A stretch of DNA of 63,500 bases, filler included, from Basidiobolus ranarum (Eukaryota): the NCBI GenBank assembly GCA_040143965.1. It is 4 parts of 4 records of this genome, joined end to end, with 100 filler letters (N's around TTAATTAATTAA, not from the genome) between each part and the next. Parts side by side here need not be neighbours in the genome. Positions count along the whole stretch, not along the records: positions 1 to 15,828 come from JASJQH010000365.1; 3 more parts are not named here. One strand, 5' to 3'. Numbering within the stretch: position 1 is the first letter of the stretch; every line of letters starts with the position of its first letter. A program made the translations under genes and the position numbers. Shown one piece after another: positions 1 to 10,190 of this stretch. The notes under the pieces are model-generated. The model searched no databases and had not been told where the DNA came from. It saw only the letters and a list, made by a program, of their open reading frames with translations.

Positions 1-810
1 CAGCAGCAGCAGCAGCAGCATAGCAGCCCACAACCACAAGCAGCGGAACAACCTCGTCCTCCTCAACAGCAACCTGCGACTGCAACACCTCATCAAATGC
101 CACCAACATCCACCCCAGCTCAAACTAACCATCAAATCAAACCAGGGGCCGTTCCTGGACCACCACGTCCGCCTAACGCTGCCGGTAATACTCCTATTGC
201 TAATTCTACTCAAACGCATCCTAGCCCCAATTCTGGACCGATATCGACAGGACCTAATGCAGGCCCTCCTTCTAGTGATTCAACTCAAGCCAAAAACACC
301 ACTTCTAATAAAAGTCCCAAACTTCCCAAGGCACTTAAAACCGTTACTCCATCCCCCAAATCTCTACATAAGCCATCCCCAGCCAACCAACCCTCGCAAA
401 CAAAGGAGCAACAGCAATCTAAGAGTGCGCACTCTAGTCCGCAAATCCCCAACAGTGAAGCACAAAAACCACAAGAACCTCAGGTATGATAAAACCCTTA
501 TGCTATTAACACTTTCAGTTTGTAATTTACTGATTTGATATTACAGGCTACTTCAATGCCGAACACTCCTGCATCTGCTAATGCTTCTAACCCGTTGCCA
601 ACATCTACAGCAGCAAGCAGCGCAAATGATCCCTCAGCAACATCCAATCCAATTGATATTGATCAATTTATTATGGACGAAGATTTCTCGAGCTTCTTTA
701 ATAATATGGAAGGAGAAAACCTTGGCCTAGGTGAAGATTTGGATGTTGATTCTTTCAGCAATATGGATTTCTTGCGTAATATGAGCTTTATGGGCGACCA
801 GGATTCGTAG
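1..810 (+). CDS. 3' part of a Gln/Pro/Ser-rich protein with acidic-hydrophobic C-terminus (possible transcriptional regulator); 5'-truncated
   Basis: Open frame from base 1 ((CAG)6 = polyQ) to 483, GT-AG intron 484-546 (GTATGA...TTACAG) joins in frame to ATSMPN...DIDQFIMDEDFSSFF...GDQDS*, TAG ends 810. Confidence 0.7.
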
Positions 811-1882
811 TAGTGTAAATAGAGGGCATATTAAAATTCATATACATATACGACCATACAACCGAAAAAGTTAGGCTGATATCGTTTTTCCCTAGTTCCA
901 GTAATCACTCTTTTGCTCACCTTTATATCTCACATTATTTCACACATTATAAAAGCTTTTCTTTTTGATTATATGTAGTCGAATAATTGTTTTCTTTCTT
1001 TTGCTTAACATCTAAGATAACCTATATTATACACACCTACTGTTATATTTACTGCCATGACACTGCCTTGTGTTTCTGGTTGATTTATGCCTTAGCTCTC
1101 GCAAATTGGTTCTTAAATCTTTTCTTGAAAACCCGAAACTTTATTCTGGTTAATTTTAAAGTACGCATGAGTTGGAGTCATATTCTATTTTCTTTTATTA
1201 TTCTGTTGGTTGTCAGGTACCTGCAAGAAGTGTGACTTTTACTTAATTCTCTGCTCTTTTGTTACTTCGCTCTTTTTGTAAATAAACTTCGGGTTATGAT
1301 AATTTCGAGTAACTTTTATGTGAACTCCTACAATCAATTGATTAATTCTTGGAATATCCGTCTAGTTTGACTTGCACACATACGTTCGAATAATATCGAG
1401 TGGAATGATTTGATCTGATGTCAAGATAATCAATGGAGTACAATATCCAATGATTGTGAAAAGTTCGTTTAAAGCTAATTATCCTCCTTTAGTTTTTCCC
1501 AAAACCCAATGATGAAAGGAAAATATATCTTAATTACTGACTTTTTGTATTAAGGGACCTGTAGCTGGTTCGATATATAAAAATCTGTGTTTACTAAGTT
1601 TTACGTTATAGCATGCGTTAAAATAATAAAGGTCGAAGGAATTCCCGATATATAGCCAATCATAAGGATGTAATTTTTGGCCAATTGATTGGAAGACCAT
1701 GAATGAATTGGGGTAGCGATCAAATAATCAAAAAAAATGGGCCTAATAATTTTTTATAGACACCAAAAAAGTGAGTGAAAAAAAAGTCAATCCAATCAGT
1801 CAATAAATTGTTGCGAATCTGAGGGTTGAAACGCTCTCTTCCCTAAATCCTTCGCATTTGCTAGGCACTGGACAAGTCAAAG

Positions 1883-2818
1883 ATGACTGGAACGTAAGTA
1901 TTTTTACGATTGAGACATCCATTAGTAGAACATGAATGCTGTATTGAAGAGATCAATTGAGCAGATAGTCATCAACTGAACATTCTCCTCATACACTTTC
2001 CCTTCATTAAAGCCTTTCTTTCTACTGTGTCGAAGTGATTTTACAAATACGTTTACTTATACTACCGTTAATTCTTTAGTACTACCGCCACTGTTGAACA
2101 AATTCTTGTTCCTGAATCTCTTATCAAGAAGCAAAAGGCTGCCGATAAGGTTGCTGCTACCAAGGTAGTCTCTGCCGCTGAGAAGCGTAAGGTTCAAAGA
2201 CAAAAGCGTCAAGTTGTCTTCAAGAGAGCTGCCGCCTATGCTCGTGAATACCAACAAGCTGAGAAGAAGGAAGTTGCCCTCAAGCGTCAAGCTAAGGTCA
2301 ACGGTAACTTCTACATCCCCGCTCAAGCTAAGGTTGCTTTCGTTATCCGTACCAAGGGTATCAACAAGATTGCCCCCAAGCCCCGTAAGATCCTCCAATT
2401 GTTGCGTCTTCTCCAAATCAACAACGGTGTCTTCGTTCGTTTGACCAAGGCCACCAAGGAGATGCTCCAAATTGTCTCCCCTTACATCGCTTTCGGTGCC
2501 CCCAACCTTAAGTCTGTCCGTGAATTGATCTACAAGCGTGGACACGGTAAGGTTAACAGACAACGTATTGCTCTTACCGACAATGCTATCATCGAAGCCA
2601 ACCTTGCCAAGTACGGTCTCGTCTGCATGGAAGATCTCATCCACGAGATCTACACCTGTGGTCCTAACTTCAAGCAAGTCAACAACTTCTTGTGGCCCTT
2701 CAAGCTCTCCAACCCCACTGGTGGTTGGTCCGGTAAGAAGGCCGTTCACTTCATCGAAGGTGGTGATGCTGGTGACCGTGAGGACAAGATCAACGCTTTG
2801 ATCAGACAAATGAACTAG
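1883..2818 (+). CDS. RPL7: 60S ribosomal protein L7 (uL30)
   Basis: ATG 1883, intron 1894-2079 (GTAAGT...TTTAG), then VPESLIKK...[11 protein letters not shown]...IYKRGHGK...[15 protein letters not shown]...[15 protein letters not shown]; strongly biased codon usage. Confidence 0.97.
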
Positions 2819-3257
2819 GTTTTGGAAGCTTTCTATTGATCATCATATTAATAAAGTAAACGACTGTTCGTTCAAATTATAAACTTAATTTTGTCTTAAC
2901 GAGAGGTGTTAAAGCAATAATTTTCAGGTTAAAGGAACAATGGTTCTGCATTCAAGTAGTAACCCGATGTAGTATCAAAAGCACTTGAGGTAATCAGAAG
3001 CCAGCTCAACTTCGACTGAGCTGCACGAGTCATGGTTACTGATTGTCAAATTTAGGGTTGTGCTTATACGTGCGTTTTAACGTAAATATATCTTAAGAGG
3101 AGGTTGGCCCAGCATAGAGCACTCTAAATTTGAAAAGTTCGTAACTTGCCTCCAAGAACCATCTAACACTGAGCATATCAATGTAGGTATTGTTAAAGAG
3201 CTTACTGGCAATGCTAGTATACATGCTAGAGGTCTGTACGAGTCAGGTAGAGATATT

Positions 3258-4363
3258 CTAGTCTTTGGTCAGCTCTACCAAAAATCTAGCTATGATGGAA
3301 AAGGCTATCTGAAATCGTTCAATACTGGTCGCTGAAGTTGAGTCATACGATGTGCGAATTTCAGCTTGTTCAAAATAGATTTGTGAGATATCCAACAATG
3401 CTTCAGCCAGTACACGACTCTAATGCTGCAATAAATGAATTTCTAGGGAATTTAATACTTGTACGGCATCCCACAGGCCCTTCGTAATTTTAGAGATAGT
3501 CGACTCAGTCTGACCAAGTTGATCTGCGATTTGATTAAGATATTTTCTCTTTTTGAAAGCGATGTGCCTATTCAATGCGAGCAAGCATGGTTCAATATCT
3601 CTCAGGATTTCGTTGAACTTGAGCCAGTATTTTGAAGGTTTCCATTTGATATTGTCCAGTATCTTGTAGAGCGTATATGATTAGCTTACTCATCGAAGAG
3701 GTGTCCATGGATTCAGTATATTGTATGTCTGCCTCAGCTGAGTTTCTATTGAGATTGTTGAAGGAACATATCCATTCGTGTAGAACAGAGTCCGGAAGTG
3801 AATTACAAAGGGGTAATTTAGGTAGTGGTTTCTCTGTATATTTCCTAAGGCTTATATCGTTTCTAGTAGCAGCAGAAGTGCATAATAGCGATTACGAGCG
3901 CTTCTTCAAAATTGACGCAGGTTTATCTCGATAATTAAGGAATCTAGTAACAATAGAAGAGTGCCGACTAATCCTAATATCTCACCTTGTATCCCTTTTT
4001 GATGCGATCTATCTCTTTCACTATGCTTTTTACGAGTCAATTCTACCCTTCTCGCTTTCTTCCCGGGGCCAGTTAACACATCATTACAAGCCTTATAATT
4101 CGTGTGTACGTATTTCTGTGTTAAAAGCTGGCTGGTTAATATTGCATTTGTTTCGTGATGTTTGAGCAGGCTTACCTTAAAGTTCATTCTATACTGTGGA
4201 AGACCTCAAGTGGTTTAGGCCAGTATACTGTTGGAGTCTATTTGAGGTAGTTTCCTACAAATGCTTTGAATCTTTTTAAGAGAAGTATATCCATTAATAC
4301 AGCCCCTCTCATTGCTGTTTGTAAGATGATCTCAATTGGCCTCAAATAATGTTCAACTGGAAC
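3258..4363 (-). pseudogene. Decayed spliced gene of unknown family
   Basis: Minus-strand exon-like block 4363-4176 bounded by TTTGCAG and GTAAGC reads VPVEHYLRPIEIILQTAMRGAVLMDILLLKRFKAFVGNYLK*TPTVYWPKPLEVFHSIE*; downstream frames (KILDNIKWKPSKYWLKFNEIL...LLQH*SRVLAEALL...) are protein-like but broken by stops and a frameshift. Confidence 0.4.
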
Positions 4364-4505
4364 CTGCAAATAAACCTTATTGAGTGACTATTCATTCCTT
4401 AGTAAAGTGATTGTTATGTTTTGGTTATTTATTGAGTTAAAAAAATCAAGACAACATCGTAAATTATCTTTCACCTACACCTACTCCCAATTCCCACTCC
4501 CACTC

Positions 4506-6299
4506 CTACTCCCAATTCCATTTGTCATTGGTAATTTGATTCATATCCAAAAAGGTGGCATCTTGGGTGACCTCAATGGTTTTATTTGAAGTTAACAAAC
4601 CATCAGTATCCTTACGAACTTCCTTGGTTCGAAACGTGAGCTCAGCAGTCCAGGTACCTAATGCCTTCTTACTTTTTAAGGAAAAGTTGAATTTGTTCTT
4701 CAAACGTTTAATCAATCTTCCATTTTTGTACCAATTTAAAATGTATTTTTCTCCCTTGATTTTGTGTTCACGAAATTGTGCCAGTTTGATAGGCGTCAGT
4801 GTAAACTGAGTACGTTTAGGCTTCCCATAGTTAGCAGAGGGATATATGGGTTCGACTTTTAGTTCGTCGATGAATGAGATCCGAGACAGAAATCTCTGCC
4901 ACAAGCCTTCTTGGCACGGAGCGCAGAAATCTTCCGAGGACATGTTACGCATCAAACAGAATTCATTCGTAGGCCGATAATGTTTGACTCCTCTAATATC
5001 ATAAGTAGGGTATGCATTGATATATCGGTTGTTCCAATGATATTCGTATTCATTTCCGTACTCATGCAATGTCACCGAACAAAGCTGGCGTATAGGTCCT
5101 TCAGAGCTGGCAGGAATAGGAGCCTCGAATACAAGAGTGTGGGGGCCTTGAGATAATTTCCGCTCAACAAACCAGGAATAAAACGAGCGATCGCTGATCC
5201 CACTAGTTTTCCAGTGTAACGGTTTACCATCTAAATAGACAGCAAAAGAATCAGGTATTTCTGCACCAGATACCGATAATTGCATGTACCATCTGTGGTA
5301 TCTTCCATCTGATTCGAACGTAATGTTGTATGGCCCTTTTGCCAGATCGTACCAAGAGTAGTCTTGTACCCTTAATGCATTTCGCTGCTCCTTGAGGGGG
5401 CCAGTTACCCAGTGTTTCCAACCAATATGATCCAAAGATGGGGCCGAGTTAACACCATCATACACATAGCCGCCGTCATACTCCTCTCCAACTTCAACGA
5501 AGTTATGGCCCATTTCATGTCTTAATACGATTGTACCCGAAGTCTCTGATCGAGTTGAGATCACAAATTCACCACCCAGTCCACCATAAAAATCATCATT
5601 GCCAATCAGACTAGGAAAGTCACACTGATATGGTTTCAAAGCTTCACAAACTTCTCTAGCTAATTTGCGCTTGGATGGATAAATCCCGCGAAGCTCGGTA
5701 CCATCACGATATAGGCCAAAGGATGTTCTTTTGGGAACCCCGTTTGCTCCAATACCCGACTCCTCCGAAGCACGAAAGAATCCCCAAATATTAAACAATG
5801 GCAAATATGAAGCGAAGGTGTGCCCGGTGAACATGTCTTTGGACAATCTCTTGATATCACTTATGAACTTGTCCCTTTCTTCCATGGTATATCCATCACC
5901 CATGAATACCACATCAATTCTGTTCGAAGGATCGCCACTCTTGATAATAGGTACAAGTTCATCCCCTTTTTGAAAGGAAGGTTTCGCCTGGATTTGGGCT
6001 GACTGTACAAGTACAGGACATAATTCGGTTAATTTTTCACGGACCTCAAGCTCATTGTTTCCAGTAAGTTCGAAATATTTATCAATGGACTCTTGAGGTA
6101 GGCCAGAATGAGAATCAAGGGTTTTTGAACGCTCATTGAGTATTACCTTATTGACTCGTAAATGCTGAGCAGGCCCTTCTCCTAATATTTGACATTCATT
6201 TCCCGTACGAAGCCCACGTATTTGAAAAGACTCTGGGTAATTCGATGCCTCACCCTCAGTCAAGGTAAAAAGCAACAAAAATAAAGAACACAACCTCAT
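4506..6299 (-). CDS. Secreted metallopeptidase, family M64 (IgA peptidase-like), intronless
   Basis: Signal-like MRLCSLFLLLFTLTEG from ATG 6299; NRIDVVFMGDGYT, FGLYRDGTELRG, zinc motif HEMGH followed by EEYDGG, C-terminal CLMR...FCAPCQE cluster typical of M64. Confidence 0.9.
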   Translation of the reverse strand: MRLCSLFLLLFTLTEGEASNYPESFQIRGLRTGNECQILGEGPAQHLRVNKVILNERSKTLDSHSGLPQESIDKYFELTGNNELEVREKLTELCPVLVQSAQIQAKPSFQKGDELVPIIKSGDPSNRIDVVFMGDGYTMEERDKFISDIKRLSKDMFTGHTFASYLPLFNIWGFFRASEESGIGANGVPKRTSFGLYRDGTELRGIYPSKRKLAREVCEALKPYQCDFPSLIGNDDFYGGLGGEFVISTRSETSGTIVLRHEMGHNFVEVGEEYDGGYVYDGVNSAPSLDHIGWKHWVTGPLKEQRNALRVQDYSWYDLAKGPYNITFESDGRYHRWYMQLSVSGAEIPDSFAVYLDGKPLHWKTSGISDRSFYSWFVERKLSQGPHTLVFEAPIPASSEGPIRQLCSVTLHEYGNEYEYHWNNRYINAYPTYDIRGVKHYRPTNEFCLMRNMSSEDFCAPCQEGLWQRFLSRISFIDELKVEPIYPSANYGKPKRTQFTLTPIKLAQFREHKIKGEKYILNWYKNGRLIKRLKNKFNFSLKSKKALGTWTAELTFRTKEVRKDTDGLLTSNKTIEVTQDATFLDMNQITNDKWNWE

Positions 6300-7134
6300 G
6301 ATATAGATTTCTTTGGAATAGTACAACAGTGACAGGCAATTTTATTACTATACCAAATAGCTACGAATTCATTAGGTGACGTAGGGGCGGGTGAATAGCC
6401 CCTTGAATTTTAAGAGACATGTGATATAATCAACAGGATTCATAGACTACACATCTTAACATTACTAAACGATGGAAGTCATATATATAGTCACGTCCAT
6501 TTCTAGTTCACCAAAAGAATAAGTCTGAGTGTTGTTCTTCAAGTGAGCCATACTGTTCAATATATAGATGTATCTTGGAAGATCTGCATGCGGCACGCGA
6601 ATACGCTTTCCACTCTAGATTGTTATTCAGGGATAGGTCGTATGTAGGGTTAAAAGTTATCCATGAAAGCAAGACTACTCATTAAGACTATAAAGAAAGT
6701 TAATTATAAAATCGGGCTCCCGCAGGATGGGAGTGACCCAGCTCCCTTAATAAACGTGCTTGTAGTACCGCCAGAATCCTCACACTAAATCCAAATGATC
6801 TGAGTTGACCAAAGACTGGATACAACCAATTGTAAATAAATCTGCATTGTTTTATGCATTGTTCGTTTGACTACCAAATTAGGAAAAGTATTAATGTCAA
6901 ATGTATCAGAACCTAAAGTGATACTTACGGTCACAAATTAATGATCCTAGCTGCGGTAACACACTTAAGCCATCTTTCATTCAATGATCCTTCAGTTGTT
7001 TGGACAGTATATAGCTCATAAGGCGTTCGGGAGTTTAATACTTTTTGACAATTGCTTATCTTACTCCTTCGTCTTCATTAAGGGAGAAACTCCCATAAGC
7101 CTCATAGTTTAGATATAACTACAGTATCCAAAAT

Positions 7135-9996
7135 ATGGTACAAAGGTTCACTAGTACCGAAAATATAACAAGTAACATCCCCAAGAAGCGCTTATATAGC
7201 TACATTTCAGATGCTGAAGCTGATCGCAATTCTGCTTTAGACACTGACACAACTGAGTGGAATGATACCTTTTCAAAATTTCCCTCTGGGTTAAACGCAA
7301 GAAAACACTTCAAACGAAGCTCATACTGTGACTCACTGGGACTCTCCGACTCGCAAGAAACCGTTGAAAAACCTCTACGAAGCAAATGGACTTCTGAAGA
7401 AACCGAATTGTTAATAAAAGGGTGTTATGAGGTACGTTACTTGACTTTATTTCGTGGCATCTCATTAAACATACTAATTTTCGGGGTTTGATTCTTGGCA
7501 CAGTATGGTATTGGAGCCTGGAAAAAGATTTTTCAAGATCCAAAGTATTCTTTCCCTGGACGTACAGCCGTGGATCTCAAGGATAGGTATAATAAGCATC
7601 GATGTTGTTAGAGTATTTAATAGATGTTAATTCATATATTTTATCAAGATTTAGAACTGTCTTTCCTCAACAATACAAACTCCTTTATCCCACTAGAGTC
7701 TATTCACGTACGGCACCGCTCTCCACTACAAATATAGATTTCCGTCGAGTTTACCGCAGACCTCGCAAGAGATTTACCCAGGAAGATGACTCTAATCTAC
7801 TTCTAGGTGTAGAAAAATACGGATGCTCCTGGAGCAGAATTGCTAAGGATTCTGAACTGAAATTGTCGGATCGTCACAGTATGGATCTTCGTGATCGGTA
7901 GGGCCCTAATTGAGGGTACTCTTCATCTTACACATTTTCTAACTGAATTTGAAATTATTAGATTTCGAATCGCATTCCCCGAGTCTTATGAACGATTTGG
8001 TTACGTACCCAAGACTACTCAACAAACACCAAGACTGGTTTCTAGAATCAGACGAAAAGAAATTTGTGCCGAGTTGATCAGAGAGGAATCCCGAGAATTC
8101 AACCATGCAAATAGCCATACATTTGAAGAACCAGTCATAACTCCCTCTAATAATGTACCGAACTCTTCAGACTCAGTAAACGACGTTGAAAGCTCTGGAT
8201 CCAACTCCGGTATTTCAAATAGTAGTGATAGAACTATGGTCGCTGAAGAAAGTAACGAAATAGTGGAATGTACTCCAGATGTTGACCTTAGTAAATGGGA
8301 CCAATTCAACAACCATGCCGAGATTATGTTTAGTACGCCTTTACCTGGTGTTAGACTAAATAGGTGCTCCCCCGTAAATATAACTTCTCAGCTCTTTAAT
8401 GTCTCATATAGTAGGGGTAACAAGCCATCTTGTATAAGTAAAAACTCAAAGTACTACAGACACATACCAATCAGAAAATCTCTCAAAAATAAGAGTAGAT
8501 CTAAAGACCGACGGGTCTCAAGAGGATCTTGGTCTATAGAAAGTACTCGGGTTCAGTATTCACCCGTAAAGAAAGCTTTGGCTCAAGTAGGTATTGCATC
8601 AAGTGATATTATTGAACCTTCTACGCACTCTGTCAGCGACCCCGAATTTCAAGCTAGTAGCTCTCTTCTTTCGAAGGGGGAGCAAATTCGATATTCACCT
8701 ATTAAAAAGGCCCAGCGAAGTAAAGCTGATCAAAATAGCGAAAAACGTCAAGAGCTTTTAGCTAGCAGACATCGAAGCCCAACCTGTGCCACTAGCCCTA
8801 TGCAGTCTCCTCGGTACTCACCGATCAGAAGAACTCGACAAATATCTGTCGCTCCTTTGGATTGCTCATCCAGTACGGGAGACCAAGTACCTGACTCCTA
8901 CTCCACTCTAAACAGTAACTCAACTAGGGGAACTTCAACTGAAACTGCCATACAAGTAAGCGGTTCATATTGTAGAACTATAAGTGCTCCATCGGCACAT
9001 CTCATTGATAGATTGAATGCAACCCTATCCGACAGCGATGGTTCAAATACGGAATCCGTCAAACAAACCACGAAGTTCGCACCTATTTGTGTACGTAGGT
9101 CCTCAGAATCTGTACGCTTTTCACCTGTTAGAAAAGATCCGAATCACTCTCCAAACTTAGTTGGTGACTTCCCAGATCAACAAGCACCTGTTAAGCCGAA
9201 CTCCCTTCAGCCTATGAGTACCACTAGGTTGAATGCAAAAATAGTTAGGTACTCACCTATTCGACACATATCATGTAAAATACCCAAGATTGTTCAACCC
9301 GAATCGTTAAATCCACCGGTCGCATCTCGTCGATTGCCTTGTAAATCAGTTGATCTATTGAATATATACCATGAGCAATCTTACACACCCTACGAAAACA
9401 CCCACACCCACGATGACGGTCACCCTCAGACCAGTGAATCTGAAATGCCTTCGATACCAGAATTAATAGAGGAACCAAATGAAGGATCTGACTATGAAAG
9501 CTCGGATTTTATTGATACTATTACACCAAATCTTGAAGTATCTGGCTACCCATCCTTGAGTATCACATGCCCTACTCAGGCATTAATCTCATCCCCACCC
9601 GTCTCCAAAGCTTTCAATATTAGAGATCAATTGCTCACACCTTTCATTCAGCCACCGAGTGGAACATCTGAAAATTTGATGTCTACACCGAATACAACCG
9701 GCAAGAACAAGGCAACTGAATCAAATTGTGATTCAAGAGTAGAGCGTGGCAAAGACTTGAACAACTCCTCAATGATGCTTTCTTCCGCAACCGGTCCACT
9801 CCAAGGGAAAATTGTTGGTGCACGTATTCGCAACGGTGAGGTTGAATACAAGTTCAAATTTCGAAGTGTTTGGAAACCTGCCGACGCCGTAGAAAACGAA
9901 GGTTCACTTGTACAAAACTTCATGGACACACTTGTCAGTAAATCATCATTTATTAGTCTCTTGTCAGCAGACTCAAATAGTACTATGCATGAATAA
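7135..9996 (+). CDS. Double Myb/telobox DNA-binding protein (Tay1/Teb1-like) with long Ser/Pro-rich tail
   Basis: Exons 7135-7431, 7504-7586, 7649-7897, 7962-9996 (all GT-AG). Spliced: KWTSEETELLIKGCYEYGIGAWKKIFQDPKYSFPGRTAVDLKDRFR and RFTQEDDSNLLLGVEKYGCSWSRIAKD...RHSMDLRDRFR, two telobox-type Myb repeats. Confidence 0.85.
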
Positions 9997-10103
9997 GGCA
10001 AATTCGGTGTAGATTTTTCCAACTCTCGTATAATCATTTGTACAAAGATTTTGCATTTTCTTGAATTACATTTTATTTTTTATGTACAAACCTTCTGAGT
10101 AAA

Positions 10104-10157
10104 TGTGTGCCTCATCTGTGTCTCCTGATTTGTGTGCCTCTTCGGTGTCTCCTGATT
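10104..10157. repeat. 27-bp imperfect tandem duplication between convergent 3' ends
   Basis: tgtgtgcctcatctgtgtctcctgatt / tgtgtgcctcttcggtgtctcctgatt. Confidence 0.8.
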
Positions 10158-10190
10158 TTTTCTTTATTTTTATAATAAAAATCCTGTTCT

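Noticed and set aside
1894-2079. snR39/snR59-like C/D snoRNA, as in yeast RPL7 introns
   Set aside because: No canonical RTGATGA C box and no guide complementary to the CCCGAAAGAUGG rRNA target; only a lone CTGA.
2057-2809. 250-aa ORF antisense to RPL7 (similar antisense ORFs over RPL6 and ACB1)
   Set aside because: Shadow of strong codon bias in highly expressed genes; no recognisable protein.
6716-6746. GC-rich hairpin (GGGCTCCC...GGGAG..CCC) as ncRNA or TPP riboswitch
   Set aside because: No TPP core motifs or snoRNA boxes; isolated short stem.
10104-10157. 27-bp tandem repeat as a coding 9-aa repeat or CRISPR-like unit
   Set aside because: Two adjacent copies with no spacer, lying beyond stop codons and out of frame with both neighbours.
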